A model generated the notes under the pieces. It did not search any database. It saw only the letters and a list, made by a program, of their open reading frames with translations, and was not told where the DNA came from. A stretch of 64,000 nt of DNA from Octopus sinensis (Eukaryota). This document shows positions 51,209 through 64,000 of the stretch, one piece after another. The translations under genes were made by a program, and so were the position numbers. Positions within the stretch are counted from its first letter, which is position 1. The number at the start of each line of letters is the position of its first letter. The DNA is taken from NCBI RefSeq assembly GCF_006345805.1, contig NC_043005.1:9052001-9116000 (forward strand), written 5' to 3'.

Positions 51209-51249
51209 ACAAATTCAGTAGGATGTCGAGAGTGCTATCGTACAAATAG
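51209..51249 (+). other. Candidate 41-nt exon
   Basis: Acceptor CTTCTGTTTCTTATTACCTGTCAG| and donor AG|GTAAGT; open in frame 0 (TNSVGCRECYRTN). No other support. Confidence 0.25.
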
Positions 51250-52769
51250 GTAAGTAAGAGTGGTTTCTACAGCATCAGTATCATTGTGAATTTTCTTGCT
51301 TAGACTCTGCTTGCAGGCACAAAGTATGCTCAGAGGCGGTGTAAAATGTAAACGATGGGAGGTCGACGGAAAATATTTTTGAAACATATATTACTTGGCA
51401 ATGTGTATGATATCCAAAGGTAAAGTGAAAATATTTCAACACTAGAGATGTACATTCGAAAATTGTATGAAAGTTGATAATTGTGCAATAGAAAAAAAAA
51501 GGGAATTTCATATCTTACATAAAATCGTCTTCAGTTAAGACATCAAAATTCCCTTTTATCTACTCATTAAATATGACATTAAATTTAGGAGATAATCCTT
51601 TTTTAATGAAAGGAACTGTCATCAACCATTACTATATAATTCATTATAATTTATATGAAGTATCCCTTTCATCACAAGCTCCTTGTAATATCTACTGAAA
51701 ATAGAGAGAAATTAAATGAAATCTGTACATTGCTCTTTAGAGACAGTTTTACAGTATTCTCTCTATTTAATTCTACTTCTCACTTCAATATTAAATTACC
51801 AAAAACCTGTTCATCCTAAACCTTGGACTCCTAAGCCGTGCCTTGTGCAATATTAACGTTCAGGCTATGTCGTTAAAAGCCAGATTTCAGAATACTTTTC
51901 TTTTCTATTATACTCATTGTAATCTTTGGTCGCTTTGATAGAAATAGCAGTCAACTTCCTCTGAATCACACCTACCGATTATAGAAGAATGAAGGCTCAT
52001 TTGTCAATGTGATCCTTGACATACGAAAATAAGGGATGTTTAAGTTCGGAACTCCTTCGATTATAAATTTGGTCAGTTAAGGCTGAAGTAAGACTTATTT
52101 GATCACACTCTTACACTATCACAACCATTTAATTTTTTTAAATAACCATATATATTCTATTCAATATCTTCCGTTTTAAAAAGTAGTGACGACACAAATC
52201 TAGAGAAACAAAACAGAACTGGCATCTATAAAATGTATGAAAACACTGGCCTAAGCTGAATCAATACGTACTCTTGCATAACAAGAAACGTCTATGACAG
52301 CAACGCATTGGTAGAAGAGTTACGTCTCAGATAGAATATAGACGGTTTTAAACCTTACTGTCTTTTACGTTGCGTTTGAATACTTCTAGGTTAAATTTAG
52401 GATTTATCTTTCTAGATCAGTAAATAATCATTCAAATACTTTTGTGAATTTTTATATTCTTATTTAAAATCAATATACACTATTAATGTAAGTATTCTTC
52501 GTTTGTTTTCCTTTGGTGCTATGTAGGCCAGGGTCGAAACTGACTGACAAGAATCATATGCAACTGTGTGGGTTTCAGTCATGAAAAATGCCTACTTTTT
52601 GACTGCGCGTGACTGCACTCTGCAATACATAATTCAGACGGCTAAGTAGGATTCAATAGATATTTTCAGCAGCTATAAATCACATAAGGTCATCTACATA
52701 CAAGAAAAGGCGCAATAGATAATCTAGTCTTACTTAAATCCCCCTCATTAGAACGAAAACTACTACTAC

Positions 52770-52802
<33 letters not shown>

Positions 52803-53123
52803 AATTGGTACTACAATAAAAACCACATCACCACCAACACCAACAGCAACGTAACAAACCTTGAACGTAATATGCGATTGGTTATCATTTATTCCAGGTG
52901 GAAATGCCTGTTCTGTGAATATGACGTGTCTTCTGATCTGATTCATACATACACTATAATGACAGTCTAACTTCTAGAAAAGCGACATTTAAAAGAGTAA
53001 ACATGTACTGCTTCAAAATTTTGTCTGATTTCTGTATAAAGTCTATAATTTACAAGTTGTTTTGAGCCCAAAATTGAAAGACGATGTAAAATATTTTCTA
53101 TATAATATATATATATATAATAT

Positions 53124-53154
<31 letters not shown>

Positions 53155-53186
53155 GTACATATATATGTGTGTGTGTGTGTATATAC

Positions 53187-53226
<40 letters not shown>

Positions 53227-53230
53227 TATA

Positions 53231-53281
<51 letters not shown>

Positions 53282-53284
53282 CAT

Positions 53285-53347
<63 letters not shown>

Positions 53348-53897
53348 CATAGATGAGTGAGTTGATATGTGAAAGCACGTGGTTGGATGTATAAAAGACA
53401 AAAAGAGTGAAAAACTTGAAGAAGGCTTGTGTTATATGGTTAAAGAATATATTTAAATCGTTTTGTTAGAAAAATGTTATTGCATTTTGCGTATAGTAAC
53501 ATTGTTTTTGGAGAAATAACCGGTTTTGTATTTTCTTTTTAAATTTCTCAAATTTCTTTGCGTATGTCGTGTCATGTCTTGGCTATGTTGTGAAATATGG
53601 AGTTTCAGACAGGGGAAGGTAATCAAGGATTTTGTCCGGTATAAGGGAAATAATCAAAAATGTTGGGAATGATAAGGTTTTATTAATTTAACATGATTTG
53701 GTTTATAAGGAATAGAATGTTGCTTGTTTGCAGGTGCTGCCGGAAGAGTGTCGAGTCGAACACTAAACCGCCTATAGGACACCGCTCCGGATTTCTTTGA
53801 ATGTTGTCTCCTTTCCGTAACCCTGGATAGGGGACCAGGAGTAGTCAGGCAGAGTCGTCACTCTCTGTTGTAGTGAAGAAAATAGCTACCCACTGCC

Positions 53898-53955
<58 letters not shown>

Positions 53956-53975
53956 TATAATAATAATAATAACAA

Positions 53976-54567
53976 TAAATTCCATCTAGTCACAGCAGAC
54001 GTTACACAATCAATTCCATGTAACCACAACAGAAATTGGTGGAAAAAATAAGTGGGATTGGCTGATGAAAGGAACCCTAAAACAAGAGGACGAGTGCACT
54101 ATACTGGCAGCGCAAGACCAAACTTTGGCCACGAACTGGAGGGTCAACCTTAGGAATGAACAAGTCGCTCCGCTGTGAGGCATCTGCAATACAGTGAAGG
54201 AAAGCATTGTCCATATCCCAAACGAATGTCCCAGACTTGCCTAAAACCACTACCAGGTGTGGCGAAACGATCAGGTAGCGAAAGCGCTACATTGCAAATT
54301 GCGTGAAAAGTGGGTGTCTAAAGAGAGGCAATACGTGTGGTATACTCTCTTACTCTTTTACTCTTTTACTTGTTTCAGTCATTTGACTGCGGCCATGCTG
54401 GAGGACCGCCTTTAGTCGAGCAAATCAACCCCGGGACTTATCCTTTGTAAGCCCAGTACTTATTCTATCAGTCTCTTTTGCCGAACCGCTAAGTGACGGG
54501 GACGTAAACACTCCAGCATCGGTTGTCAAGCAATGCTAGGGGGACAAACACTGACACACAAACATAT

Positions 54568-54612
<45 letters not shown>

Positions 54613-55280
54613 TACGACAGGCTTCTTTCAGTTTCCGTCTACCAATTCCACTCACAAGGCATTGGTCGGCCCGGGACTATAGCAGCAGACACTTGCCCAA
54701 GATGCCACGCAGTGGGACTGAACCCAGAACCATGTGGTTGGTAAGCAAGCTACTTACCACACAGCCACTCCTGCGCCTATGAGGAGAGGAGTGGCTGTGC
54801 ACAAATGAGCACAAATCGCAGAGAGTAGCGGGTGGGAGACTAGCAAAATCCTCTGGGATTTACCAATCGAAACAGATAAGGTGCTAGAGCATAACAGACC
54901 GAACCTAGTGATGGTGGTGGACCAGGTGCATCACATATGTTATATAGTTGATATTGCGTGCCTCTTTGACGTACGAATAGTTAAAAAGGAAGACGAAAAG
55001 ATAGATACAATCCCCTGAGGTACGAAATAGCCCGGCTCGGGAAAATGATGAAGGTGAATGTAGGGCCAATTATTGTTGGGTCTTTGGGAACAGTAGCAGA
55101 AGTTATCAAGTGGAATATCAAGGAAATCGGAATAAAGTGCCAGGGAGAACTATTAGAAAAGGTTCGCCTCCTTAGCACAGCAGAATGACCAGGAACGTAC
55201 GGCACTGTAGGCTGCAGGTAGTAATCCCGCTACGCATGCAAGACTCCAGGAGCTCCAACAAAACCTGTGATAAAGAGAAA
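53976..55280 (+). pseudogene. R4/Dong-like retrotransposon 3' part (CCHC knuckle plus RLE), interrupted by SINE-C
   Basis: WDWLMKGTLKQEDECTILAAQDQTL...CNTVKESIVHIPNECPRLA...WY|EHK...KILWDLPIETDKVLEHNRPNLV...IVDIACLFD...PIIVGSLG; (TAA)n on both sides. Confidence 0.88.
54343..54778 (-). mobile_element. tRNA-derived SINE-C with CORE-like block, full length
   Basis: Head GGCGCAGGAGTGGCTGTGTGGTAAG...GGGTTCAGTCCCA, CORE-like CTTGGGCAAGTG, internal TA/TG microsatellite, tail GACTGAAACAAG(TAAAAGAG)n. Confidence 0.92.
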
Positions 55281-55291
55281 ATAATAATATT

Positions 55292-55379
<88 letters not shown>

Positions 55380-55410
55380 TATTATTATTATTATTATATT
55401 ATTATTATAA

Positions 55411-56172
55411 AAACTTAGATAAGACTTAGATATGTTTCGACCAGAGATTGGTCCAGGCCATGTCTAACTTAATAGCACCACCTGATAGGATTATTCGAAT
55501 CCTGTTTAAGTCAAGTTTTGTTCAAGTAGTGAGTTCTTGTTGGGTGAGTTGTATCCAATTATGAGTGGCTTATCTGGTATTCTTTGAAGGAATCTATCCA
55601 GACTCTCTTTGAAGTTGATGGGATCCTTTTCCTCTTTGATCTCCCTCGGGACAATGTTAAATTGGGCAGGGCCTGTTGAGGAAAAGAAATTATGTTGCAG
55701 TGTACATGTATGTTGTGATCTTGAATTTGGCAGGGGACGTATAGCCCGTGGTCCAAGTCTCGGATGAACCTTGAAGCTAATGTTTAGGTCGTTTGGGCAA
55801 AGTTGGCGGTATATTTTCCACATCGTACAAATGATGTACCGCTCACGGCGACGCTGGAGGGAGTAAAGTTTCAAGGCTTTAAGGCGATCCCAATAGTCGA
55901 GAGCAGCCATGCCTTCAATTTGTTTAGTGAGAGCCCTCTGGGGTGACTCAATTCTGGAGATGTTTTGTCTTGTGTGAGGAGACCACAGTGGGCAGCAGTA
56001 TTCAAGGTGTGGCCGTACAAAGGATGAAAAAAGTGGTATGATGACACCTTGTTCTCTGGACCGGAAAGTTCTTAAGATCCAGGAACTCATCCTACGAGCT
56101 GTATCGACCTTCTTGTTGATGTGTGCACTCCAACTGAGATCGTCATCAACAATTACACCCAGGTCTCTGATA
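55411..56172 (-). pseudogene. 5'-truncated CR1-clade LINE with intact ORF2 C-terminal frame
   Basis: RDLGVIVDDDLSW...WILRTFRSR...FVRPHLEYCCPLWSP...YWDRLKALKLYSLQRRRERY...FKESLDRFLQRIPDKP; (TAA)n at both ends. Confidence 0.92.
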
Positions 56173-56178
56173 TTATTA

Positions 56179-56239
<61 letters not shown>

Positions 56240-56263
56240 GTTGTTGTTGTTTTTTTTATTATA

Positions 56264-56315
<52 letters not shown>

Positions 56316-56660
56316 AATAATAATAATAAAATATATAATAAGAATGATAATGATAATAATAGTAGAAGGAGTAATATTACTAATGATAATGATAACGATG
56401 ATGCTAATAATAATAATAATGATAATAATAATAATGATGATTATAATATGAAGAAGAAGAAGAAGAGGAAGATGAAGAAGAAGAAGAAGAGGAAGATGAA
56501 GAAGAAGAAGAAGAAGAAGAAGAAGAAGAAGAAGAAGAAGGAGAATTATAATAATTATAATAACAATACAACTGTTAGTATTGGTGTTATTCTTAACCAT
56601 TTATTTCAATTAGCAGATAACTACAACAACAACAACAACAACAACAACAACAGCAATAGC
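56173..56660. repeat. Trinucleotide field (TAT)n-(AAT)n-(AAG)n-(AAC)n
   Basis: Read directly; source of ORFs 56038-56451, 56121-56762 and 56259-56600. Confidence 0.95.
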
Positions 56661-57414
56661 ATCAATAACAACGCTATCAGTTGCAACTGTGCCAACAGCA
56701 AACGTAACAGTGACAACTGCGACAAAACAGTCATCAACTGTAACATACCAACAGAATACTAACAATAATATAATCAGTGTCAAATATATCACCGACAATC
56801 ATTGTCTGGCAAAAGCAGAGCGCAGAAGGACTGAGTGCAATGCTTCTGCTTATGAATGTTGAGTCCATTGATCTTATCTTGAAGTTCCACTCCAAGATGC
56901 ACTGACGTCGTTCAGCGGAAAAATCACGATATAACTAAGCACAAGCGTCAACGCTAATGTTATCGATAAAAGGCATAGGACTGAAATAGTAATTTCAAAA
57001 ATATCCCGTCTAACGCACTGACATTTCTCTCAAAGCCCTGGATGGATATTAATTTATCGAGTGTGAATGGATGAAAAGCAAATTTGACCTCGACACTTGA
57101 GTTCTTTTTTTGCATTCTAACACCTCTCCCAATTTGCGTGAGACCATACCAGATAGAAAATCAAGAAGGGAAAACGGAATTGAAGAAACCGGTATCGTAT
57201 AGTCGAACGGACAAACATCTCCCACACATCAAATGCCAAATATTTTCTGATAATAAGTTTACGTTTCATAATGCTGATTGGCTAACAAAAAAGTGGGATC
57301 CGGAATAGACTTGCTATTTATACATAGATAATGCCAAATATTCGGATTTATAGATCATTAGTACCTGTGAGAGATTTGAGTATTATCTGAGATTTAAACT
57401 AGGGTTGTTTGGAA

Positions 57415-57855
57415 TTAGTGGTCGGCCCACCAAGACTGTTGTGTTACCTCTTTAGCTAGGTGTGTAGTAAGTTTAGTATTTACTTCTTCGTTTATAAGAC
57501 GCCTCATGTGTGTCACCTTCAGGTTCCAGCAGAAATCAGCCAGCATATCTGGTCTCCATCTCCTTTTACCTGTTTTCCATTGACGCTGTATCATGATGGA
57601 ACATCTCTCCATGTTCGTCACACACATCTCCTGCATTCTCTGGGGGGAAAGGACAGGTGAGAATGAAGAAGGTGGACCTTCAGTGACATATTGCATCCGA
57701 AATCTTGGTAACACTTGTTTAGGCTCTCCACTATACTCTCTCACTGGTCCACTTGGTGCTTTCCCAGACGTCCTTTGCATACATCTTTGAATGCATGGCA
57801 GGCTGCTAGCTCAGTTTCATCCATTGTCGCCTCAGTATTCATCAGGCACAACTAA
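57415..57855 (-). pseudogene. Degenerate DNA-transposase C-terminus, Chapaev3/CMC-like (family tentative)
   Basis: Across frameshifts: FKDVCKGRLG...YQDFGCNMSLKVHLLHSHLSFPPENAGDVCDEHGEMFHHD...RWRPDMLADFCWNLK, matching the MSLKxHFLHSHLDFFPENLG.VSDEHGERFHQD...MLADYCW motif. Confidence 0.75.
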
Positions 57856-59799
57856 TCTTTAATCTTGGCATCATTTATTGTAGGGATAATTGTGGAACCG
57901 AATACATTTCTCTTATTACGTTGGTAAGAAAATTTCGTCACATTTTCAACATGAACAAAGCGAGGGCATTTTTGAAAACGTACTGTAAAAACAAACACTA
58001 CATTTTACATTTTAATGTTCCTTTTCTTGCTTTGCATCTTACGTTATATCTTAATAGCTAAGTTCATATCGATTTTATCCTTTTAAAATTAGTTTAGCTT
58101 AGAACTATTTGTGTCAATGTATGCTATATGAATTCGACCCACGATCCTCAGCAATGAAAGCCAAATTAAATATTCATTTTGTTATTGGAAATGAAGATTT
58201 AAGTGTCGCGATATTCCATTGATAGTTTGGCTATTGTTGCTGGAACGTTTTCCTTCACAGCCCCCCCCTCCATGATCTGAATGGGCGAGTTTTGTATTAT
58301 TGAACTTCTAAAGACAGTAGTTGAGACATATACAATGTATACTGCACGAGAATTTATAAAACCGATCAGTCCAGGCCAGACTTCGATTAAAAAAAAATAG
58401 CAACAAAAGCACCTTTATGAAATACAGGTGTCTAAAGAAATATAATAGGGTCTTCGTCACCTGTCTGCTCCCCAGCTTCATTAAAGTGTTTCCGTTTGTT
58501 TGTCATTGAAGCGTAGATTTCCTTCCTAACAGTTACTAGGTTGAATCATTACAAATCACGAAATTGGGTTTTTTCTCTAAACATATCCAAGTAAAATCAC
58601 AATGATTAAGACGCAACAAAAGACAAGAACATATTTTCACACCAGGACTATATTCAAAAAGCGTTATGTTCTCTGTTTAGTGGGATAAGACAGGTTTTTG
58701 CAGAAAAAGTGCCAAGCATTGGTCAGTCATAAATAGCTGTTGCTCTTACTCAATAATGCAAAATCACATATGACCCATGTGACTCAGGAAAAGGATATAG
58801 CGCTAAGTAGAGAAGTTTCGCTCAGTTTTGAGTTTTTCTCAATGACTATTATCTTTTTACAACATTGCAATATCATTTAGCGGGAAAACATTTCATTAAT
58901 TGTAAAAAGGCTAAAAATAATAATGTGCTCCTCTGCTTCAAAATCTGAAGAATTTTACGCGTAATCGAGCAACATTTCGCGAAACAGATGGAATTATGTT
59001 ATCAGCAGTGTGAGTAAAAGTTATCTTGATTGAATATATCAATTAAGACAAAAGAAGAATTTGTTTCCTTTCCATCTTGAAATACGGCAGGACATGTTCC
59101 CTTCATTTAACATTTCTTTTATCTTAATTTGAACTATTTTATTTAGATATTTTTATCCTATTAGAAATCTGAATGCATTACAATGAAAATTCTTGACACA
59201 GAGATTAAAAGATTCTGTGTCAAGTCTCTAAAACATAGTCCACCAACGTGCGAATTTTACAGAGAAATATTTTCACGTTTTCACGAATCAACACATAAAG
59301 AGAAATTATTTGCTCTAATGCGAGAAAATTCTTGGAGATCTAATTATCGATTTAGCTTTTATTTAAGTTTGCAGGATATCAATGATAAAGGTTCGAAGCA
59401 CTTTTAGAATAGAAAATTTGTTCCTTTCGCACTTTGTCTGTCTGTCTGTTTGTCTCTATTTGTCTGTCTGCTTATTTATCTGTCTGTCTTTGTCTGTATG
59501 TCTGTATGTCTGTCTGTCTGTTGCTCTCTCTCTCTCCATATATCGTTTAGTTGAAATATTGTGTTTTATCTCTTTTAATATCCAAAGACTTTTAGTTTTG
59601 CTTCTATTTACTGATCCCAGGTTAATATTTCTCTTTTAGTCTGTACACTGTACAATTAGTTTAATAAGTTGACACTAAATCTATTTTAAACATCGACTAA
59701 TATAAAGAAACACTAAAAATGTTTAAAGATAATTATGTCTATAAAACTAAAAATTTCAAGCAATAAGGGGTGTAAATAGTAGCATTTAACATAATATGA

Positions 59800-59833
<34 letters not shown>

Positions 59834-59904
59834 GTACATATATATGTGTATATGTATACATATGGATATATATATATATATATATATATACATACATACA
59901 TATG

Positions 59905-60004
<100 letters not shown>

Positions 60005-60850
60005 GGGGTATGGTATATGAGTTCAGCAAAAATTTAGATTCAGATGAATATGGTACTTAAGTTGCGGCACCGGAATTTAGTATGTTATTATCCATACAAT
60101 TTCAAAATAAGATATTCAAAACTATGGTATGCTTTTTCTACATTTAATAGTACATTTGAAAATCGGTTACTGATTTGGGGAGAACGTTCTTAGTGGAGTT
60201 TAAAGAGAAATGTGTCAAGTGAAACGTAGAATACTTGTAACGGAAGTAATAAGTGAAAAAAGAGCTGCAAAGAGTATATGTAGGATTTGGAATGTAAATG
60301 TAACTTTCAGAAAATCAAAGGCATTAAGAATTGCAAAAGTACAACCGGGAGGCAAATTCAATTGGAAACTAGCTCTGTGTGTGTGTTGGTGGATATGTGC
60401 TTTTTGTGAGCGTGTATGTGCGTTTGTGTGTGTGCGTGTATGGACTTATATGTCTGTGTATGTGTGTGCTAAAAGTATATGTGGAGAGGGATTAAATATA
60501 TATATATTTTTTACCAGGTGAATAATCAGCTTTCATCCTCGACATGATGGACATTTGTGTGTTAGGAGAGAAGCAGGCGCATAATTTCCTATTTAAGAAC
60601 AGTATACTCATTTTCGCCTTACGACATCAGCCTCGAGCATGAAAAAGTTTTCAAAGCTGAAAAGGAAACCTAGATCTTGAGATTCGAATTTTATTACGGG
60701 ATCTGGAATTTTCCAGTAAATTTTTACTAGTTTTATCTTGTCTTTTTGCCTTCTCTCCGTGTTGCTATATGAACACTTAAGGTGGTTTTAGAGTCAGATC
60801 ATGGCTGCTATTTTCAGCATGGCGGTATCTCATAGATACCCTAAGTTATA

Positions 60851-61147
60851 ATCTTTATATATAAAAGTCAAGTTGTGTGTCTGTCTCCTACGATTTAGAT
60901 TCCTAACTACTCCCACATTTTGCGGTGCCGTTTAACCAAAACCGGGTATCTTATAGTCGTGATTCATATCGAGCCCTTCTGGGTATTAGCGCGCGTCTAC
61001 GATGAGTCTACGATTTTAAAAACAAATTACCATCATTCTTTTCCATTTTGAATGCATTTATTTGCTATTTTTGGCTATAACTCTCTAAAAATGCTTATAT
61101 AGTTATTTCCCTTACAATCCCGAGCAACGCCGGGCGATACTGCTAGT
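60851..61147 (-). mobile_element. Helitron/Helentron-like non-autonomous element, second copy
   Basis: Long near-identical blocks with 9123-9520; lacks an internal segment of about 90 bp. Confidence 0.65.
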
Positions 61148-61509
61148 TTTATATATTTTTATACTGTGTGGCTTCGATTGGGGAATATAAGATTTTCTCC
61201 TATTATCAAGATATCAAAGAAATCATGTTGTGGGAGATAAGAACAAATTGTGATTTCAATTAAACTAAATGAGTAATATTTTGTTGACATTATTATGTTG
61301 AAAGTAAAAGCGACTTAGATGAAATTTATTTGAATATAGGCTTACTCATGGACAGAATTAATATAGTCTATTATTAGTCTCTATGACAAATCCAGTAAAT
61401 AACTGCTGTAAATTACACTATTGACTATATTAAAACAAAATTTATTGATGGGGATAAAAGGTTACTATCAATAGGTAGTATATATATATATTATTATTAT
61501 TATTATTTA

Positions 61510-61542
<33 letters not shown>

Positions 61543-61547
61543 CGTTA

Positions 61548-61578
<31 letters not shown>

Positions 61579-61586
61579 TATTATTA

Positions 61587-61633
<47 letters not shown>

Positions 61634-62036
61634 CTAAATAAAATCCGGAGACTGAAACTTACATCGATCATAAAATGTATAATATGCAACAGTATTAAAT
61701 ACACAACTATACACTAAAACAAATGTCGGATGAATACTCAAATGTTGACCACGTATATAGGAAACAGTTGTTGAGTGAAAACAGCTGGAATCATTGAACA
61801 ATATCAATGAATTATTCATATAAATACAACATAATTCAATTAATTTTAATTTACTTCTATTTGTAAAAGTACTTCACACGAACCTATGTTTATTTCATAT
61901 CGAACATATACATTTTCTAATTCAAAGCACGGAAATGATATGGCCGCCATTTGCAGCTTGAAACTAAAAAAAAAGGCTAACCTCCAAGTAATTATATGCA
62001 AGGATATTTTACTGCATCTGCATAAAGAGCGGTTAT

Positions 62037-62135
<99 letters not shown>

Positions 62136-62368
62136 CTATGTCACCACGTGCATGTGCGTGTATATATATGTATATATATAGGTATATATATATATATATA
62201 TATATATTATGTGAAATAGAAAGATGAATAATCTTGTAGCAGATTAATCAAAAGTTTAACCGATACCTTGGTAGCAAAAATCACAGCAGAAGACAGCACG
62301 GTTGGAGGTACAACCATATGGTGTTGCAACCGTGCGTTGGTGCGGATAATTGAAGTTAAAATATTATT

Positions 62369-62734
62369 GGTGAATTGAAAAAATGGAGCTGAACGAAGAT
62401 TGAACAGAAATCGTTTTATTTCATTCTACACGTGTTTCGAAAGGCACAATTTACCAAAATCCGATTGAATAATGAGACCATATTGTGTCTTTCTCTTCAG
62501 GAAGAAATAGGAAATCCGTTGGAAAAAACAAAAACAGAACAGATTTGTTTTGCTCCGCCTCTGTTCTGTTTTTGTTTTTTCCAACGGATTTCCTATTTCT
62601 TCCTGAAGAGAAAGACACAATATGGTCTCATTATTCAATCGGATTTTGGTAAATTGTGCCTTTCGAAACACGTGTAGAATGAAATAAAACGATTTCTGTT
62701 CAATCTTCGTTCAGCTCCATTTCTTCAATTCACC
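62369..62734. repeat. Near-perfect palindrome: 175-bp arms, 16-nt spacer
   Basis: Arms 62369-62543 and 62560-62734 are reverse complements with one mismatch; mirrored ORFs 62426-62671 (-) and 62432-62677 (+). Confidence 0.97.
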
Positions 62735-62797
<63 letters not shown>

Positions 62798-64000
62798 TAC
62801 TAACATACATGCATTCGTAAATGCATACATATCTATATATATGATGTCTTTCATATTGTATAAATGATACATGTTTATTATTTATCGTATCAATTGCTTT
62901 TGTCAAACTGCTAAGTCACTGAGACGTAAAACACCGATCACTGTTCGTGAAGCTTTTGGCAAAGACACACATACATACACACATACACACACACATAGAT
63001 ACACACACAGACACACACGTACAGACCCACATATATATACGACGTACTTCTTTCAGTTTCCATCTCGCTAATCTACCGTCGAGGCTTTTGTCGGGTTGAG
63101 TTTATATTGGAAGAGACATTCCCAAGATAATACGTACGCACGCATAAACACTCACACATGCACACACACACACACACACATAAACTCATACAGACACACA
63201 CACTTAACTGATTATACCTCAGAGACTGTTTTAGTTGGAATTTGAGAACAACGTACATCTCGGGCAGAAACAGGAATCTAATCCACCAAATTAAAAGGCA
63301 CAATCTGTATCCAGCAATAAACACTATGTGTGTGATTTAATCCGAGTCATTAACCACGCCTAATCAGCTCAGCGTGGGCGATAGGGAGGGAGGGAGAGAG
63401 AGAGAAAGAGGAAGTGAATTAGAACTTAGACACTGTCACGTGTGTTTCGTCCTTCTCTTCGATCAAAGGGGCGTATGTAGACGTAGGGGGAACGATAGTA
63501 CCCTCTCTCTCGTTTTTTCCCTCTGACTCTCGCTGCCTCTCATTTTCCTTTACTCTCTTTTGCCCTGCATCTCTTTAATTCAATAATTTCCCTCTTTTCT
63601 CACTGCTCTCTTTTTCCGAACTTCCTCTCACCCTGTTTGCATTCGTCTTCTGAGTTCAAATCCTGCCATAATCTGTTGTCACTCCGAGATCGATATGACG
63701 TGCACCAGAAATGTCCAGAGGCTGATTTGATAACTTGTAGTCCAATGATCTCTTATTATTTCATAATTGTGTGCTGCAAGGTAGTTTGTGGAATACATTT
63801 TACATCATTTACGCTCTGAGTTCAATTCCTACCGGTAGTAGTACCCCTGCATCTGCTCACATAGTTAGATACGTACCTACATGAGATATTTTGGTGTGAT
63901 TTGAATGAAATTTGGTTACTATTTCTGTCAGCCCTAGCATACATAACAGTTTTATGCATCATAAATTCAAATGTTTTGGGGGGAAAAGTGGCTGCTACTT

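Noticed and set aside
53101-53345. Mirror-symmetric TAA/TTA interruptions and TG/CA arms in (TA)n tracts (also near 15700, 18540, 31350, 39130)
   Set aside because: (TA)n is self-complementary, and such single-base interruptions are a plausible sequencing or polishing artefact; this cannot be resolved without reads.

Overview
AT-rich, microsatellite-dense eukaryotic DNA. The tRNA-derived SINE families resemble those described in octopus, so the source is most likely a coleoid cephalopod (inference). I recognise no host protein-coding gene, rRNA, true tRNA or CRISPR array; most entries in the ORF track are microsatellite translations or SINE read-throughs. The window is a mosaic of mobile-element remains: four tRNA-derived SINE families (working labels SINE-A to SINE-D, several with clear TSDs), CR1/L2-like, RTE-like and R4/Dong-like LINE fragments, Tc1, mariner, DD37D-like, Tc2/pogo-like and Chapaev3-like DNA-transposon relics, Helitron/Helentron-like non-autonomous elements, minisatellites and several fold-back structures. 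The most interesting signal is three families of short elements abutting (TA)n/(TG)n tracts that carry type I hammerhead-ribozyme motifs with palindromic helix III, as described for Penelope-like element pLTRs. Two copies have an intact catalytic core (29468-29502 +; 29848-29931 -), and helix I covaries between two family C copies. Other notable items: a 175-bp-arm palindrome with one mismatch, SINE tandem arrays that re-enter at the same internal GGTA site, a LINE/SINE pair sharing a 3' tail, and a cluster of (TAA)n-associated elements. All family assignments come from motif recognition by eye, not from database searches.
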